The notes beneath the pieces were generated by a model. That model was not told where the DNA came from, made no database searches, and was given only the letters and a program-made list of their open reading frames with translations. The position numbers and the translations under genes are program-made. A stretch of DNA of 64,000 bases from positions 27,404,001 to 27,468,000 of the forward strand of contig NC_135250.1 of NCBI RefSeq assembly GCF_964204865.1, given 5' to 3'. Shown here one piece after another: positions 13,415-26,881 of this stretch (its first letter is position 1; every line of letters begins with the position of its first letter). This DNA is from Styela clava (lineage: Eukaryota).

Positions 13415-14379
13415 TCACCTCACGTATTTTAATGTCCTATCGTTGGGAATCAAATTAAATAAAACCTGTAACAATCAAACAAATAAAATTAAAGCAGAGC
13501 AAATTTTACATATCAAACATAAGTAATTTTTATCAAATATATTTTTACCTATTCACGATATATATATATATATTAAAATAAACGCAATACAACACAATAA
13601 AGTAGTGAATCTGAACATAATCAAAATACAAACGTTTCTAATTTTATACATATTTTATACAGAGCAGGACATATGGTCAACTGACGTTGAGGGCATAACA
13701 CAAATCCTGAATAATATAACTTGGCGTTAATCGTTTAATGCTGACGCTTGATAACGTTTGCATATTATATATTGTAAAGATATAAAATTTAAATTCATAA
13801 ATTCTAAAAACATGTACAAAATAAAATGGCAAAGTTTGTTAAAATGGTTTAATTACTAACGCTGAAGTTGGCATTGAAATTTTTTTTTAAATGTTGTACA
13901 GTATTAAATGTACTAAATAAAAAAAGTAAAATAAATAGCATTTGTTTGACATAATTGATATTATACTCAAATAAAAATATAAAATCCATATAAATAAATG
14001 ACAATACAGAACTGCGCTAATACAAATTTGCTTTTAAGACATTATTTCCACGTTCTGACAACTTGTTCCGACGAGTGGGCTCAGTCAGTTACGTGTGCAT
14101 GCTTACATGCTTTGTGGAATTTGCTGTTTCTTTCAATAATGAACAAATAAGTCAGTAAGTTACACAAACCCACTCAGGGTTTGCTGCTATTTTTAAAAAT
14201 AATTTCTGTTTTATCTTTTATTTAAAACAAGGATTAGTTTCAAATTCTAAAATATGAAGGCGAAGATAGTAAAAATTAAACGTTATAAAATTACAGTATT
14301 TAGAAATCACCCGTGGGTTTAGGTCAATCTTCAAACTTTTGAATTTGAAGATCTCCGTCTATTTTAATAAAATACTACA

Positions 14380-15202
14380 TTACATTTTAAGATAAACGTC
14401 TATTGTTTTGAGCACGTCTTCATTATTCACATACTCTCGCAAAACATGATTTGCTTTATCCCATGATGATTGACTTAAATCAGCAAAAACTGTCGAGGAA
14501 AAGTTTTTTTTTTCAGATTTTGTATCTTTACTTTTGGTCTTCGGAATTGTTTTCTTGTTGCACTTTGTCGCTCTCCCGACGAGCTTTTTTCCAAACGTTG
14601 CAATGGTATCATCCTCCAACCGAATATTTAAACAAGACTAATAAAAAAAATATGAATATGAATTAAATATGAAAAAATATGTTTTACACGGTCTCCTCTA
14701 TAACAATATAATGCTTCTTCTATCGTTTTACCTTAGCATAATCTTTAGGTATGTCTTGGATCCCCTCCAGCGAAAATATTGCTAATCGATCTCGGATCTG
14801 TTGAATTGCGTTCTCGATATTTTCTTCAGGTGTATTTTCCTTTATAAGAAACTTCCTTAAGGCCTCAGTTTTGCAAGCATCATATATGATCAGTGCACTG
14901 TGACTATGACCAAATAAAACATGAGTGATACCATTGCAGGTAAATTGTCTTTCATCCCATAACAATTTATGTATTTTTATGATGTCTGATTCTGAACATG
15001 CTTTCATTGACTTTGAGGCGTTTACAATCACACGAATATTTTCCTCGTGATTTTTCTTATTTCTATATGAAATATCATGCACGTACGAGTATATTGTCCA
15101 GCACGAATCTTTAAGTTTCGGTTCAATACCCGAATCTCCTTCTCCTCCATTATAACCCCCAACAAGTACAAACATTTGCCTTTTATCTATGCCGCTTGCC
15201 AT
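14380..15202 (-). CDS. Lipase-like alpha/beta-hydrolase 'C' (copy 1), ~242 aa
   Basis: ATG at 15202 (MASG, aligned with MAGS of copy 2). Exons 15202-14732 (LVGGYNG, LFGHSHSA, KDYAK|GT) and 14637-14380 (tag|SCLNIRLEDD...NHVLREY); 94-nt intron. Confidence 0.85.
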
Positions 15203-16700
15203 GAGTATTTTAAGTCCAAAAAATACTGCCAGTAATCGCTCCTGTTTTAAAAAGATCTTGAACACTCTTAGCTTGGTATCGTAAAAAGCGCTCGGTGTTC
15301 TGTATCCCCCTCGCGTGATCGCGCGCATTATGGCTGCCAATACCCTGCGAAAGTGAACCCTTTCAATGAATCGCTTGTAAACGAATGTAGGTTTGGATTG
15401 ATGGACAAAGAATTTCAATTATGTGATTATTTGAACCATTGGCATACTATTAAACCAAAGGCATACATTCGACATATTTACTATAAGAAGCGGAGGTTGT
15501 AAATTAAATACCGGTTTTAAATGCCATACTTCATGACCAGTCTTATCGCTGAAATAATCAATACAGGAATATTGTATTCTTTAAATCCAGTACAGTTGTT
15601 CTTAACACAATAGAGTGTATTTAACGGGTTTCTCAATAGTGTATCAAGCCTTCAACGCCCAGACAATAATATCAAGTTTCATCCGCCAACAAAAACAAGC
15701 CCTATAAATTAGGCTGTTGGTATATGCCACGATTTGGCCAAACAAGATATTTTAGAGTGAAGGTGTAATACTCAATCACGTACGAGTATATTGTCCTACA
15801 TGTATCTCTAGGTATTAGCTTTATATCCAACCATTCTTTGTAAAAATATTTGGCGTTTATTTATGCCGCTTGCCATGAGTCTCTTTAGACAAATAAGTAC
15901 TGCTAATCGCGCTTGTTTTAAAACTATTTCGAACACTCTTTGTTTGGTAACACAAAAATTTGCTGAGTGTACGCGTATATCGGGCTTTCTGGCTGCTTAT
16001 ACCTAACTAAAAAGGGCTTTCCAAATTAAGTGCAGCAATACAACTCTAACCTGGTACACATACTATATTCAGGAAGTGCGCCATCTTGGTGCACACACTT
16101 CTGGAGCTCCCTAAATAGCACCCTTTCCACGAATCGCTTGTAAATGAATGTAGGTTCGATTGATGGACAAAGAATTTCAATTACGTGATTATTTGCACAA
16201 AAACGTGCTGTTTTTGTTCGAGTACAATTGTTACTAATACAATCGAGTGTATTAGAAGGATTTCTCAGTGTATCAGGTTTCATTACGTTCGGACAGTACT
16301 ACTTATTCGGTTTATTCAAGCTTTATAAATTTTGCTGTGCGTATATGCCACGATGGACCTAACAAGATTTCTGGAGTGAAGGTGTAATACCGTACGAGAA
16401 TTTTGGGCAACATATAGCATCAGGACTTGGTTTCTTATGCGATCATTCTTTGCTCCTATTATAAGCCCCAACAAGTTAAAATTTTAGGTCGCTATCTATT
16501 CCACTTGCATTAGGTTTTCAGGCCAAATAGATAGGCTACTGCTCGTAATCCTTCTTGCTCCAAAAATTTCTCGAATACTCTTTACTTGTCAACATAATAA
16601 TGCACTGAGGACCCCCCCTCCCCTCCGCCAAAACTATATATTCTGTTTATTCAAGCCCTATAAATTCGGCTGTATGAATATGCAACGGCTGACTGATGAA
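15080..16700 (-). repeat. Tandem triplication of the gene C 5' end plus upstream region; two degenerate 5' fragments at ~15780-15960 and ~16390-16600
   Basis: cgtacgag...tatgccgcttgccatgagt...gaacactctt recurs at ~15083, ~15780 and (more decayed) ~16392; aatcgcttgtaaa.gaatgtaggtt.gattgatggacaaagaatttcaatta at ~15369 and ~16132. Confidence 0.75.
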
Positions 16701-17184
16701 AATGCTGTCAATACCATTTGCTTGGGAGAATCTATTAAAAAATATTCCAAATTGCTATTATAGTTTTGTGATTGACATCTTTTTTTTGTAGCCGCATTTA
16801 AATATTTATAAATTCAAATATGATTTTAGCAACCACGTTTGTTAAAATTGGTCACTTTTACAAATTTTGCGCCAATTGACTACGTCAACGGTAAAGATAT
16901 TTAAATACGTTTAAAACAAGATTTCCATTATTCATATAATAGGATTATTAACAAATCGTTAACATTATCCGATGTTTATGTAAACTGGCTTAAAGATTAT
17001 TAAATTATTCCTCATAGATTTAAATTAACTTTGTAAACTTATTTAAGTATATTAGTACAAACAAGACCGAGTTCAGTGAGTAACGTTAAAAATGTCCCAC
17101 AACATTAAATTCAATACTATAGAAATGTGTTTTGTCATTACATTACAATAATCATACATAATGGTACATTGGCAATGAGATACC

Positions 17185-17312
17185 CCTTTCAACACAGTAT
17201 TGATCATTCTCTCTACCGCCGTCTGGTTGTACAAAAAAACATGAAATAGTTCAAGGGTTTTCGATAGTTTCACTGGTCCAGACAAACTTGTTTTCTTGTT
17301 TCATATTGTTCC
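17185..17312 (-). pseudogene. C-type lectin pseudogene fragment (paralog of the last exon of 40082-41551)
   Basis: Minus frame reads QENKFVWTSETIENP*TISCFFVQPDGGRENDQYCV versus QENTFVWSNGTVANPRTIPWLFGQPDGGRENDQDCV; in-frame TGA; similarity stops at a MITE-like insertion at ~17318. Confidence 0.85.
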
Positions 17313-17317
17313 GACCA

Positions 17318-17621
17318 CCGTTTCTCAACCAGTGGGCCACGGTCCACTTCTGGGCCACAGATACATTTTCAGGTGGGCCACGAACCTATTAATAATTGCC
17401 ACAATTTTTGATAAATTTGTTAAACTTTGATTGAAATGAATGATACTGCCGCATTTTTGGCTGTGGGTGGTGATGCTCATTTTAATTATTTATTAACGTG
17501 TCTATTTTTTCAAAAATAGTTTCTTGTATTTTTTATTTTTTTCTTTGCATTAGAAAGTTGATGGACCTAATAAATTCTTGTGCACAAAAAGTGAACCAAG
17601 ACAGAATTGTGGATAACTATT
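17318..17621. mobile_element. Degenerate hAT-like MITE
   Basis: Begins caccgtttctcaaccagtgggccac with repeated gggccac subterminal motifs; right end and TSD are poorly preserved. Confidence 0.5.
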
Positions 17622-18175
17622 GGTCAAGAACAATTCACACTGAAAATTGCCCAGACTGAATTATTGTCACGAGTCGACTGCAATGTTATTACTATATTTT
17701 AGTAAGTTTTAAACAAATTATGAAAACTGAATCTCATTGTCGCAATCTGAGTCTACAATTATTTTAATCTTTATTTTTGTAATTGTATCTTGTTTTGTTT
17801 GAATAAGTTAGACAATAATTTGAAAAAACTTTAAAAAAAATATGCTCACTCTTTCGAGGAAACGGATCACTTTGTTCTCATTTATCACATTTATCTTGTT
17901 CAGATATCATAGTGGCAATGCCCACATACGGATTTGAAGTAAGAAGTAGATAAGGAGAAAGGACCTGCAGTTCAATATCCAACATCCTAATACGCAATCA
18001 TATGATCATAGTTATTTCATATCTTGCTTGGAGTTATGCATATGACAGTAAATATTAATCTTATAATTGTGAAAGGATACATTATAAGGTTATAGGTATT
18101 TCGTATTCACATATTCCAGTTCGAACCTTATATGGTTTCACCTTAAACAAATTTAATTCCAACATACAATTTAAG

Positions 18176-18283
18176 GTACTCCTGAAGTATGCGCACAAAG
18201 ATGTCGCATAACCTGAACCCTAACCTGGTACACAACCTGAATTCAGTTTGTGCGCCATCTTGCTGCGCATATTTCAGGAGGTC
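18176..18283. mobile_element. Short palindromic MITE family (gtactcctgaagtatgcgcac...gcgcatatttcaggag)
   Basis: Near-identical to 62432-62538; terminal inverted repeats around an aaccctaacctggtacaca core. Confidence 0.75.
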
Positions 18284-19364
18284 CCAATTTAATATAACCG
18301 ATATTTTTACCGTATTATTTCCTAAGTCTAATTGTAATTTAATTGTGTGTTTTTATCATTTTTACACCCCAATCTTTTCCTGGTTTAACTTTTTATTTCC
18401 AATTTATATTTAAAGATTTCATCCCAGTTTTCCAGGGCATGTTCATTTTTTCGTTATATTTGTGAAAATCTAAAATTTCCTTTTGCTTCTATCATTTTAT
18501 ATTTTAATAAGTATAAATTTAGATTTTGCAGTCTTTTATTATCTTTTCCGATCTATCATGACTACCTGTAAATTGCAATGAAATCTGGTATCCTTATGCA
18601 TGATGCCTTGTCTTTGAAATATTAAGGATTTCCTGCATGACGAAATGAAGTTGGTTCTATTGGATGCATAGGACCTGTCGTTTGAAATTTTATCATATTC
18701 ATACATATTCCCATTCTTTCTCTAACAGCATCTGCTATTGCTTGTGACAGAGACACAATGGCACAATCGAAATCAACAGAATCTAAGAAATTCAATTAAA
18801 CGACAACGACCAGCACAAAAGATGAAGCAAGAGTTAAAATGAAGAAACTGAAGTTGCTGATGGTCAAATCGGATGTCGTCCTCCTACGTTAATCATAATT
18901 GATTTTAATAACAATTCATTAAATAGGCTGCTAAAAATTTAGATAATTTAGAAAAATATAAATAATTTTTTAGAGTGACCCAATTTTAGAGTGACCAAAT
19001 ACATGAACAATTCTAAAAATTATATCATACACTTGAATGAAGACTATGAGTATCAGTTCATAATTTTAAAACGCCAAGATTTGCTATGAAATTGAATTGT
19101 ATTGGTTCAAAGTATTTATTTTGTATATACAAATTGATTATCAAATTCACTTAGCGCTGAATATAAAATCAGATTTGTTGCTAATATTTGTTACCACTTA
19201 CCATCAACGCTTCCTGATAAAATTGGGCTGACGTGAAGGATATGCGCAAAGGAAGAGATATGTTTTATTTTTACTGTAAACTTTGTCGATATTATTTTAT
19301 ATATTGTATAGTCAGTCATAGCGAAATTTCGGTTTATAAAGAGATAAAGTAGAAGTGCTGTACA

Positions 19365-21784
19365 ATGATGAAACTTGCTGAGAAAAGTCGTTATATTTTC
19401 AAAGCATTTGCATTACTTCTTTCTTCGACATTAATTTACAAATCTTCGCCAGCAGCTGGTGTGAGTTCCACAGAGAGACCCGGTGAGTGTACTGAACAAT
19501 GTTATTTGAGATTGGACTAGCTAATTTCCATTCTATGACGAATTATATTATCCTGTAATATGGTATAGTATAGGGCAGGGTGGTCCAAGGTTGTTGGCTC
19601 CGCGGGCCACAAATTTATTTTTTTTATTGTCCGAGGGCCACAATAGTGCCTATAGAATAGGTAAACTGTGCAATACAAAACAAACACTTTAATTGTGCAA
19701 ACACATAAGTATCAGACATAGCCATCCCAGGCTAATAGAATCCGCATTCGATTTTTAGTTTTCTAAAATGCCTATATTATTAGCATATATTCCCGACCAA
19801 AAAGATAGAAAGCCAGAGAATAATTTAGACTGCCAAGCACATCATTCAACTTTGCTATTTGCCTTGGCTAGCCATAACACTGGTCAATTCAGTGACATTA
19901 GAAATGAAAGAATATGTCAAAAGATTTTTCTGAATAATTTTATTACGAGACAACACGAAATGTGATTTATTGATTACTTTCCGAATGTGACGCGGGCCAC
20001 AGGTAATGCAGCGGTGGGCCACATGTGACACGCGGGCCTGGGTTTGGACCACCCTGGTATGGGGTATAGTCATATACAGTGGTGAGATTCATCAGGTTCG
20101 CACCGGTTCTATAGAACCGCCTCGCGGAATTTTATGAGATCAGCGAACCGGTTAGCATTACTGGTTACTGTCAATGTTTTTTTTTGTAACAGAACCGGCT
20201 GAAAAGTTTAACTTTTGTGAAGTAACCGGCTGACAAAAAATTTGAACCCCACCACTGGTCATATAGTATAGATTGACCCGTGATGTATTTGGATATATTG
20301 TTCCATTCCATATTACAGTAACACAAGAAAAGTACAACAGTTGGAGACAGAAACTAAAGCAATGCTCAACGCCAGTGGTGTATTCAACATCAACAGTTGG
20401 TACGTTGACGAGTATACCAACAAACAGGACTATATTTCAAAAATTCAAGAGATATTTTAGGAAAAATTGAGACTTCCTACGTGAACGACAGAAGCTGTTT
20501 TAGACATGAAATTTTTGCATGTACAGATATTGTGACCCCCTTATACCTTTCAAATATTATGAAACAAATTGAATAATACTTGTATCTCTGTTTATATTGA
20601 GTAAAATGTAAATGTGATTATGTTGAGTTTTGTCAATGATTCCAATTTATGGGTTTTATTGTTATTCCCGCAAGTTCCTAGTTTGGCGTGTCATCACCCA
20701 ACTGGTTCTTAATTCAAATGAAAATGATATGAATCTTCGATGATACTAAAAATCAATTTCTATTCCACTAAACATAAACTTATTATAGCTTATTTAAGTT
20801 CTGTTCGACACACGGAGTAAATGCGTATACAGTGCTGATAGAATTTCAACGGACAACTGACATGCTCAGTGCTATATAAAAGATTACTAGAGAACTTACA
20901 GTACACAGTACAGTACACGAGAGTTTAGTTTCGACTATTTCCTGTAAACTAGTTAAAAGATATAAATAATTGCAGCGATAGGTATTCACAATAAATATAT
21001 ATTCATCTTGAATATTCATTGTTCGCTTTTTTGTCCGATTGTTTGGGTCAGATATTTTTGAAATGTGTGTGCGTGTATTGAACAAAGTATGTGGCTTATA
21101 TTCAATTTTTCACATATTATTATAGAGGGCTATGATGGATTTAAAGTTGATGATAAAACGGGACCATACAGCAGCAAATACGCTTCAACTAGCACAGGCG
21201 AGTTCGTTAATAAGATGTGATCAAAAATGTTTTCTCACACATATACAATTATCAACAGAAAAAAGTTCTCAACCAGTCCAAAAGCTTTAGTATTCTGACA
21301 TGGTTACCTTTTAACTCCAATTGAGGTCCCTAATTAGTTCGAAAGTCTCTTATTGTTCTTTTTGTGTTTGTTATGTGTTGCAAGTTTTTATTGGTATTCT
21401 TCAAGTTAATATATACAGCATAATATTATTTTGCATAATAATTATTTGTAATATGTGAACCCGGACAATAATGGTGATTAGTCAGAAACTATTTGTATTA
21501 ATGGTTAATGGTAAGAAATAGTGAAATGTGTATTTTAATATCAATACTGTTTTCATTGCATTTACGCCATGGTACTGACGAATGCAACTCTAAATTTAGA
21601 TATCCAAAATGGACGTTATACTGCGTGCAACTTTCCGTACGATACCTGCTTCAAAACTTGGAGTGGCACCAGTCGCAAAAGATCGCCAACAAATCAATGT
21701 ATATGCGACAATTTCTCTCCTTGCCCTTACAACAATAAAAAAATGCAGGATGTTGTTTCGAAGATCAGCAAGATGTTTCCGTGA
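19365..21784 (+). CDS. Orphan secreted protein, ~151 aa, 6 Cys
   Basis: Exons 19365-19482 (MMKLAEKSRYIFKAFALLLSSTLIYKSSPAAG, signal-like), 20319-20399, 21126-21197 (AG|GCGAGT donor) and 21600-21784. All junctions are phase 1 and give one open frame; TATAAA at 19335. Confidence 0.65.
19576..20056. mobile_element. hAT-type MITE (reverse-orientation copy at 39024-39497)
   Basis: TIR cagggtggtccaa/ttggaccaccctg; 8-bp TSD gtataggg/gtatgggg. Confidence 0.9.
20077..20257. mobile_element. Short hAT-type MITE
   Basis: TIR cagtggtg/caccactg; perfect 8-bp TSD gtcatata; internal gaaccg repeats. Confidence 0.9.
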
Positions 21785-22885
21785 TTTATATTTGAATATG
21801 AATGAAAATTGATGTTTTTCTCATTTCAATCGCATTACGGTGTTGGGTAGGACTATTAAACATGACCTAGGCGATTTATTGAATTTATGAGATCAGTGTG
21901 AGCTGCCATTCTACCATATATTTAAACCAAAACAATATTTTGGAAGTTAAAATGATAATATATATGGTTACAGTACATATTAAGCATTAGAGAACAAAAC
22001 ATATGATACACAATTCATTTATCCGCAGTGCAGTGCACACAGTGCATTTATCTACCGAACGCAATCCCGAAGCGATACAAAGGTATGTAATGGAAAAGTA
22101 TGGAAGAAGTGGGTCATTTTTAGTTTTAAAGTCTGAAGTCTATCCGCGAAATTGAAAAACAAAACCGATTTCACAAAACATCTAAATCTGCGGTTGTTGT
22201 GTAAAATAAATTGTGTTTAAGTTTTGTAGTTTTTGGATCAATTTTGTGATCAAAATGGTAATTGAACACGAAAAACTTCTTAGATACATCTAATGCAGGT
22301 CATTATTCTTTAAACTTAAGTTAAACTTAAGTTCGTGTACTTTACTTTATACGGCTAAAATCGTGATTCATAAAGTAGAGGCCTAAGTTTGTCGCCCGAT
22401 TTGTTCCTGTATTATATAAGTTGTCGGCAAACTGTGGCCCGTCGTGCATTTTTTGCGGGCCTCCAATAAATTTCAATAACAGGTAGTGATACACCGAAAA
22501 GTTTTATAAATACAACATAACATATAATTATTTTAACAAATGGTTTGTGTGCATATATCAAACGATCATGCATTACGTTCATTCCATCTACAGTACCGGC
22601 ATCACAATTATTCTGTTTTGTTGATTCCTGCGCAATTCATACGGCTATTATATACGTCTTGCCCTCCGAATAAGATTCTTTACAATCATGTACGAATATG
22701 TAATTGCCACTGCTTAAATAAACTATCTTCCATTCTGAGTAAGTTACCTATCCTTCACACGTGTCCTCTACAATCTTTGCGAATGTGAGAATCACAGATA
22801 TCTATTAGTTTTTTTTTTTTTTCTTCAACAATGATTACAGCTCATTTAACAAAAGAAAAATATTTCAGCCTCATAGTTCCAACTA

Positions 22886-24223
22886 TTAAATGTATTGGCT
22901 GAACACCAATGCAGATAAAAAGAAGAAAAGCATTGCTACTTTGATTCCCATCTTTTTTGAGGTTGCTCCATTGCATAACTCTAAACATAACTAGATTTAA
23001 CATCAAAAATATTTTCAATATAAATAATTCATCATAAGTTTTTTCAACAAATCTTCACCTGTGTTACAGTAACATGTAGTTGTGAAAGTATCGCTATTTA
23101 CATCACCTACGGTGCTGCATCCATCTGATCCACTGCTGCACAATCGCCCAACTTGGAGAACGCCTGAAAAGTAAAAATAGGCATGTACGGTGGAATATCT
23201 CAGATGTAGGCTTATTTAGTTGTCGTGAACTGTATATTCAAAATATCTAATGTTATTTAATATTGATTACTGAACACGGAGTGGACATATTGATCGTTTT
23301 GTTAATATGTTGTTGTTTTTGTTGTTGTTAGACGTTTTCTCCCTATCGTTATGAATAATTGTTTTTCTCATTAACTACTGAATAATTTGCTTTGAAATTT
23401 TCAGTGGTTGAAGATTGTATGTTTTGATTGGAGGCATTAATTTGTATTTGTATCAAAAATTTCTACAGGACCAAAGAGATTCGTTTTTTTGTGCGCTATG
23501 ACGTTATTAAAAATTAAAATCTCCTCTCCTCCACCTTCGCTTTACCGATCGTGAAGTCCTACAAAGTCGTGAACATTGTGAGTACCGATAGTTTATTGTA
23601 AAAAACTGTATTTTATTTACCATAGATTTGATCGTTTGTACCCACCATTCAAAGTTGCTTCTACTTTCGTACAGGTCGGTGTAGTCCCATTACATTCTTT
23701 AGTTTCTGTTGATGAGTCGACGGTGTCACACACAAGGCATGTGTAACATCTGATGGCAGATGCTGTGAAATAAATCATAGAAATATGAATTATAGTAAAT
23801 ACTAATTAGTCAAGAATTATTTACTCAAAGTGGCGAAAGTCAAAAGTTCATTGAAGATATTTATTTACAATCTGACTCAACCTTAAAATTTTTGAACTGG
23901 ATATCTGGCGCTCTATGAGTTGCACCAATAAATACACAGCTTGGAAAACTTTGCATGAATGTAATTTTATTTTATCGTCACGGTGTTTATAAATTATATT
24001 TTTAAAGAAGGAATAGATATTGAAGAGAAATTTGCATCATCAAAACTATCATACAATAAATGAGTATGTTTGCTCTCATATATTCTATTTTCTGAATCCA
24101 AAATACAATTTTAAAATTACTTCAGATGTACTGCCCTACTGTACTAAGAATAATTATTGATCGTACGAATATACCTGTGGCAAAAATCAGCATCAAAGCC
24201 GCATAATATTTCAAGACCTTCAT
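22886..24223 (-). CDS. Ly6/uPAR three-finger protein, predicted GPI-anchored, 121 aa
   Basis: Exons 24223-24175, 23762-23646, 23163-23059, 22980-22886. Signal peptide, IRCYTCLVC...CYCNTELCN with 10 Cys, and a hydrophobic C-terminal GPI-type signal. Confidence 0.92.
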
Positions 24224-26881
24224 TTGAAACAGAGAATTGCTAAATCGTAATAATTTTCCGGTATACTGATCTATGTATTAAAACCTGCCACGATTCAACC
24301 CGTGGTTTTTGTATGACCTGTCATTCCATAAAGTATCTCTTTTGAACCGTTTAATAACAATAGGAAATAAATTATGTGTGGCCAAAGGTAGTATTATATG
24401 TTTAAATTACTAATACATGCTTGGGACGTGCTTAAAAAGTCACAATATTTCTGACAAAAGAAAAATAATATTATCGTTTGGTCATTGGGAAAGCTGATAC
24501 ACTGTTAAGAAACACGTTAAATAAGCTAGAAAAATAATTGTGCTCAATATTTCGATTCTGCTACGTGTAGTGAATTAATCGACCACAGTACATTACATTT
24601 CAACCAGTACCTTGTCTTATTCTTTTTTTTTCATTTTGCAAATACTGAGTTTAACCGCCCATGTGTCGGTGTTGCAGACGTAGACAATAGAAATTCACGC
24701 TTGGAGGGTTGCGAATAATAGAACGTTTGTACATATTTGGAAAACAATAGTCGATTTTACCTAATATATATTTAAAACTTGTACATCTAATTGTATTCAT
24801 TTGATAACCCTGTGTAAGTAAAATAAATTCGCATATGTAAATACTTTGAGATATTATGTGATAGTCCGACACACTCAAGCAATATGAATATGTCAATAAC
24901 AAAAAATGAAACTATGGATATAGATTCACGTAATATTTACAAAAAAAATATATTCATATGAGCCTTATGCCAGATATGATTAAATAAAAAAGACATGTTT
25001 GTATTGATTAAAGGCAGTGGAACTTCATATGTATCAGCTATGTAATATGTAAAATCAGAATAAAGCACAAAAATTGTTTAATGAATTTTTTCCAAATTTT
25101 TAATCGTTTTTTAATCGCTCAGGAAAAATAGTTTAACCAAAACCAGACTGGTCTGCAATCATAATGCATTCTAAATACAGTTCGCTCTTTTAACGGCTTG
25201 GAATATACAAATATGTCAAAGTCAGTCTTAAAATTATTCCTAATACATCTTGGTTTTTCTAAGAAATCTATAAAAAAAAAAAATTAGCGAATGTTGGACA
25301 ATAATGTTACTGTTGGAAATACAACATGGACATATCAACGTCAACTTATTTTTGATACATTTCATTATCTTAGATTCATAGTTTAGACTAGATTTTGATT
25401 TAAATAAGAGTTATATAACTGTTTAACAAGCAAGGCGTTATTCAACAATTTTGATTGAGTCACATTTAAAAGTCTCATTTAATGGTATGGCAAAGGTTCA
25501 AATCTGCACGTTTTGGTGCAAATAAATCCCATAATAAAAATTCTTTGCCCATCATTTGAATCTACATAAATTCTTAAGAGATGCATTGAGAGGGTGCGTT
25601 TCATTTGAGCAGCTAGAAGGCGCAATGTCACGCGATGGCGATACCCAAAACCAGTGTCATTGTTACGTTTCCAACTAAAGAGAATTAGAGATATTTTCAG
25701 AACAAGCCCGATCATGAGCAATTCTTATTTAGGCAATTCAGAGGTATAAGTACCGATATGAAGGTAACTAATTTTGTTCGTCTATATTACATCAAGTTGT
25801 GTAAAGGGAATAAAACCTCTGGACAGGAGATATATTCTGTTGGCTAACACAGACAGCCTTCGAACGCGTAGTAAAACTAGATATTGGAAAATCGGAATAA
25901 CAGTATGGCCTCACCCTAAACACATACTACCTTATTTGGCCTATTTTGAGTATATGTCAGGCTCCATCGACTTAGATGAAAGACAAAAAAAATTTTTGTC
26001 GAGGATAATAATGAGAGAAAAGTTAGATCGACTATAAATATAATTCTGATTTCATCAATCAAACTTGTCACGAAAAAGACGTTTTCGACGCATGAAGCGT
26101 CCCAAAATGTTTTAAAATTACAAAGGGTATTTATCGACACTATATATTGTTTTGTACCTCAAAGATGTATTAAATGAAGTGAACAATTACTTATTAAAAT
26201 ACAAGAAACCTGGATAAGATATATTGAGATCTGATTTCTTAATAATATTGAAATTATAAATGGACTTCATGGACACCCTGCACATTGTGCTGCTTCATAT
26301 TGTACCCTGTTTTAAATGGAATTCTTTGATCAGTAGTTCGAATCGTACATTTATATACATAATAAGCATTGAAAAGCTGCGGTTTAGTTGAGTACAGCTA
26401 GGGGGCCCTATGTCACGCGATTGTGTAACCCGAAACCGGACGCTTTATTTCATTTTTCAGCAAAAAAGTGTTTGATTTATTTTCGAAACAAGTTCGATCA
26501 CGAGCAGAGCTTATTCGGCTTAATATGCGCATGACAAACGCGACATGGATAAAGGACGAATGTTTAGTAATATCGGTGGATATGATGAAATTAATGATTT
26601 TTCTTTTAATTACATATTTGCTTATTTTAAGTCATAGCCGTTCAAAAACAAAAACGTTTAATTATATACCATACACCAGGTGGATATAATTAGTTACGCT
26701 TCAATCTTGCAAATCGAGTGTTTTCGAATGTTTGTTTCAAATAGAATAACAGCGCCGAATAAGATAGGCGGTTTAAATATCCTACGACTACTTGAGCACT
26801 CGATACTCGATTTGTTCCTCTTGGTATACAAGGGCAATGAAAATTAAAGTGCTATATTTTAATATTTACAGAGCGTAAAGT

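Noticed and set aside
15203-15418. 72-aa N-terminal extension of ORF 14720-15418
   Set aside because: Starts at a non-ATG codon, is absent from copy 2 and lies in the triplicated upstream unit; the true start is most likely 15202.
25774-26037. ORFs 25774-26037, 43354-43539 and 58147-58350 with mutual similarity
   Set aside because: They are translations of the same MITE family, not a protein family.
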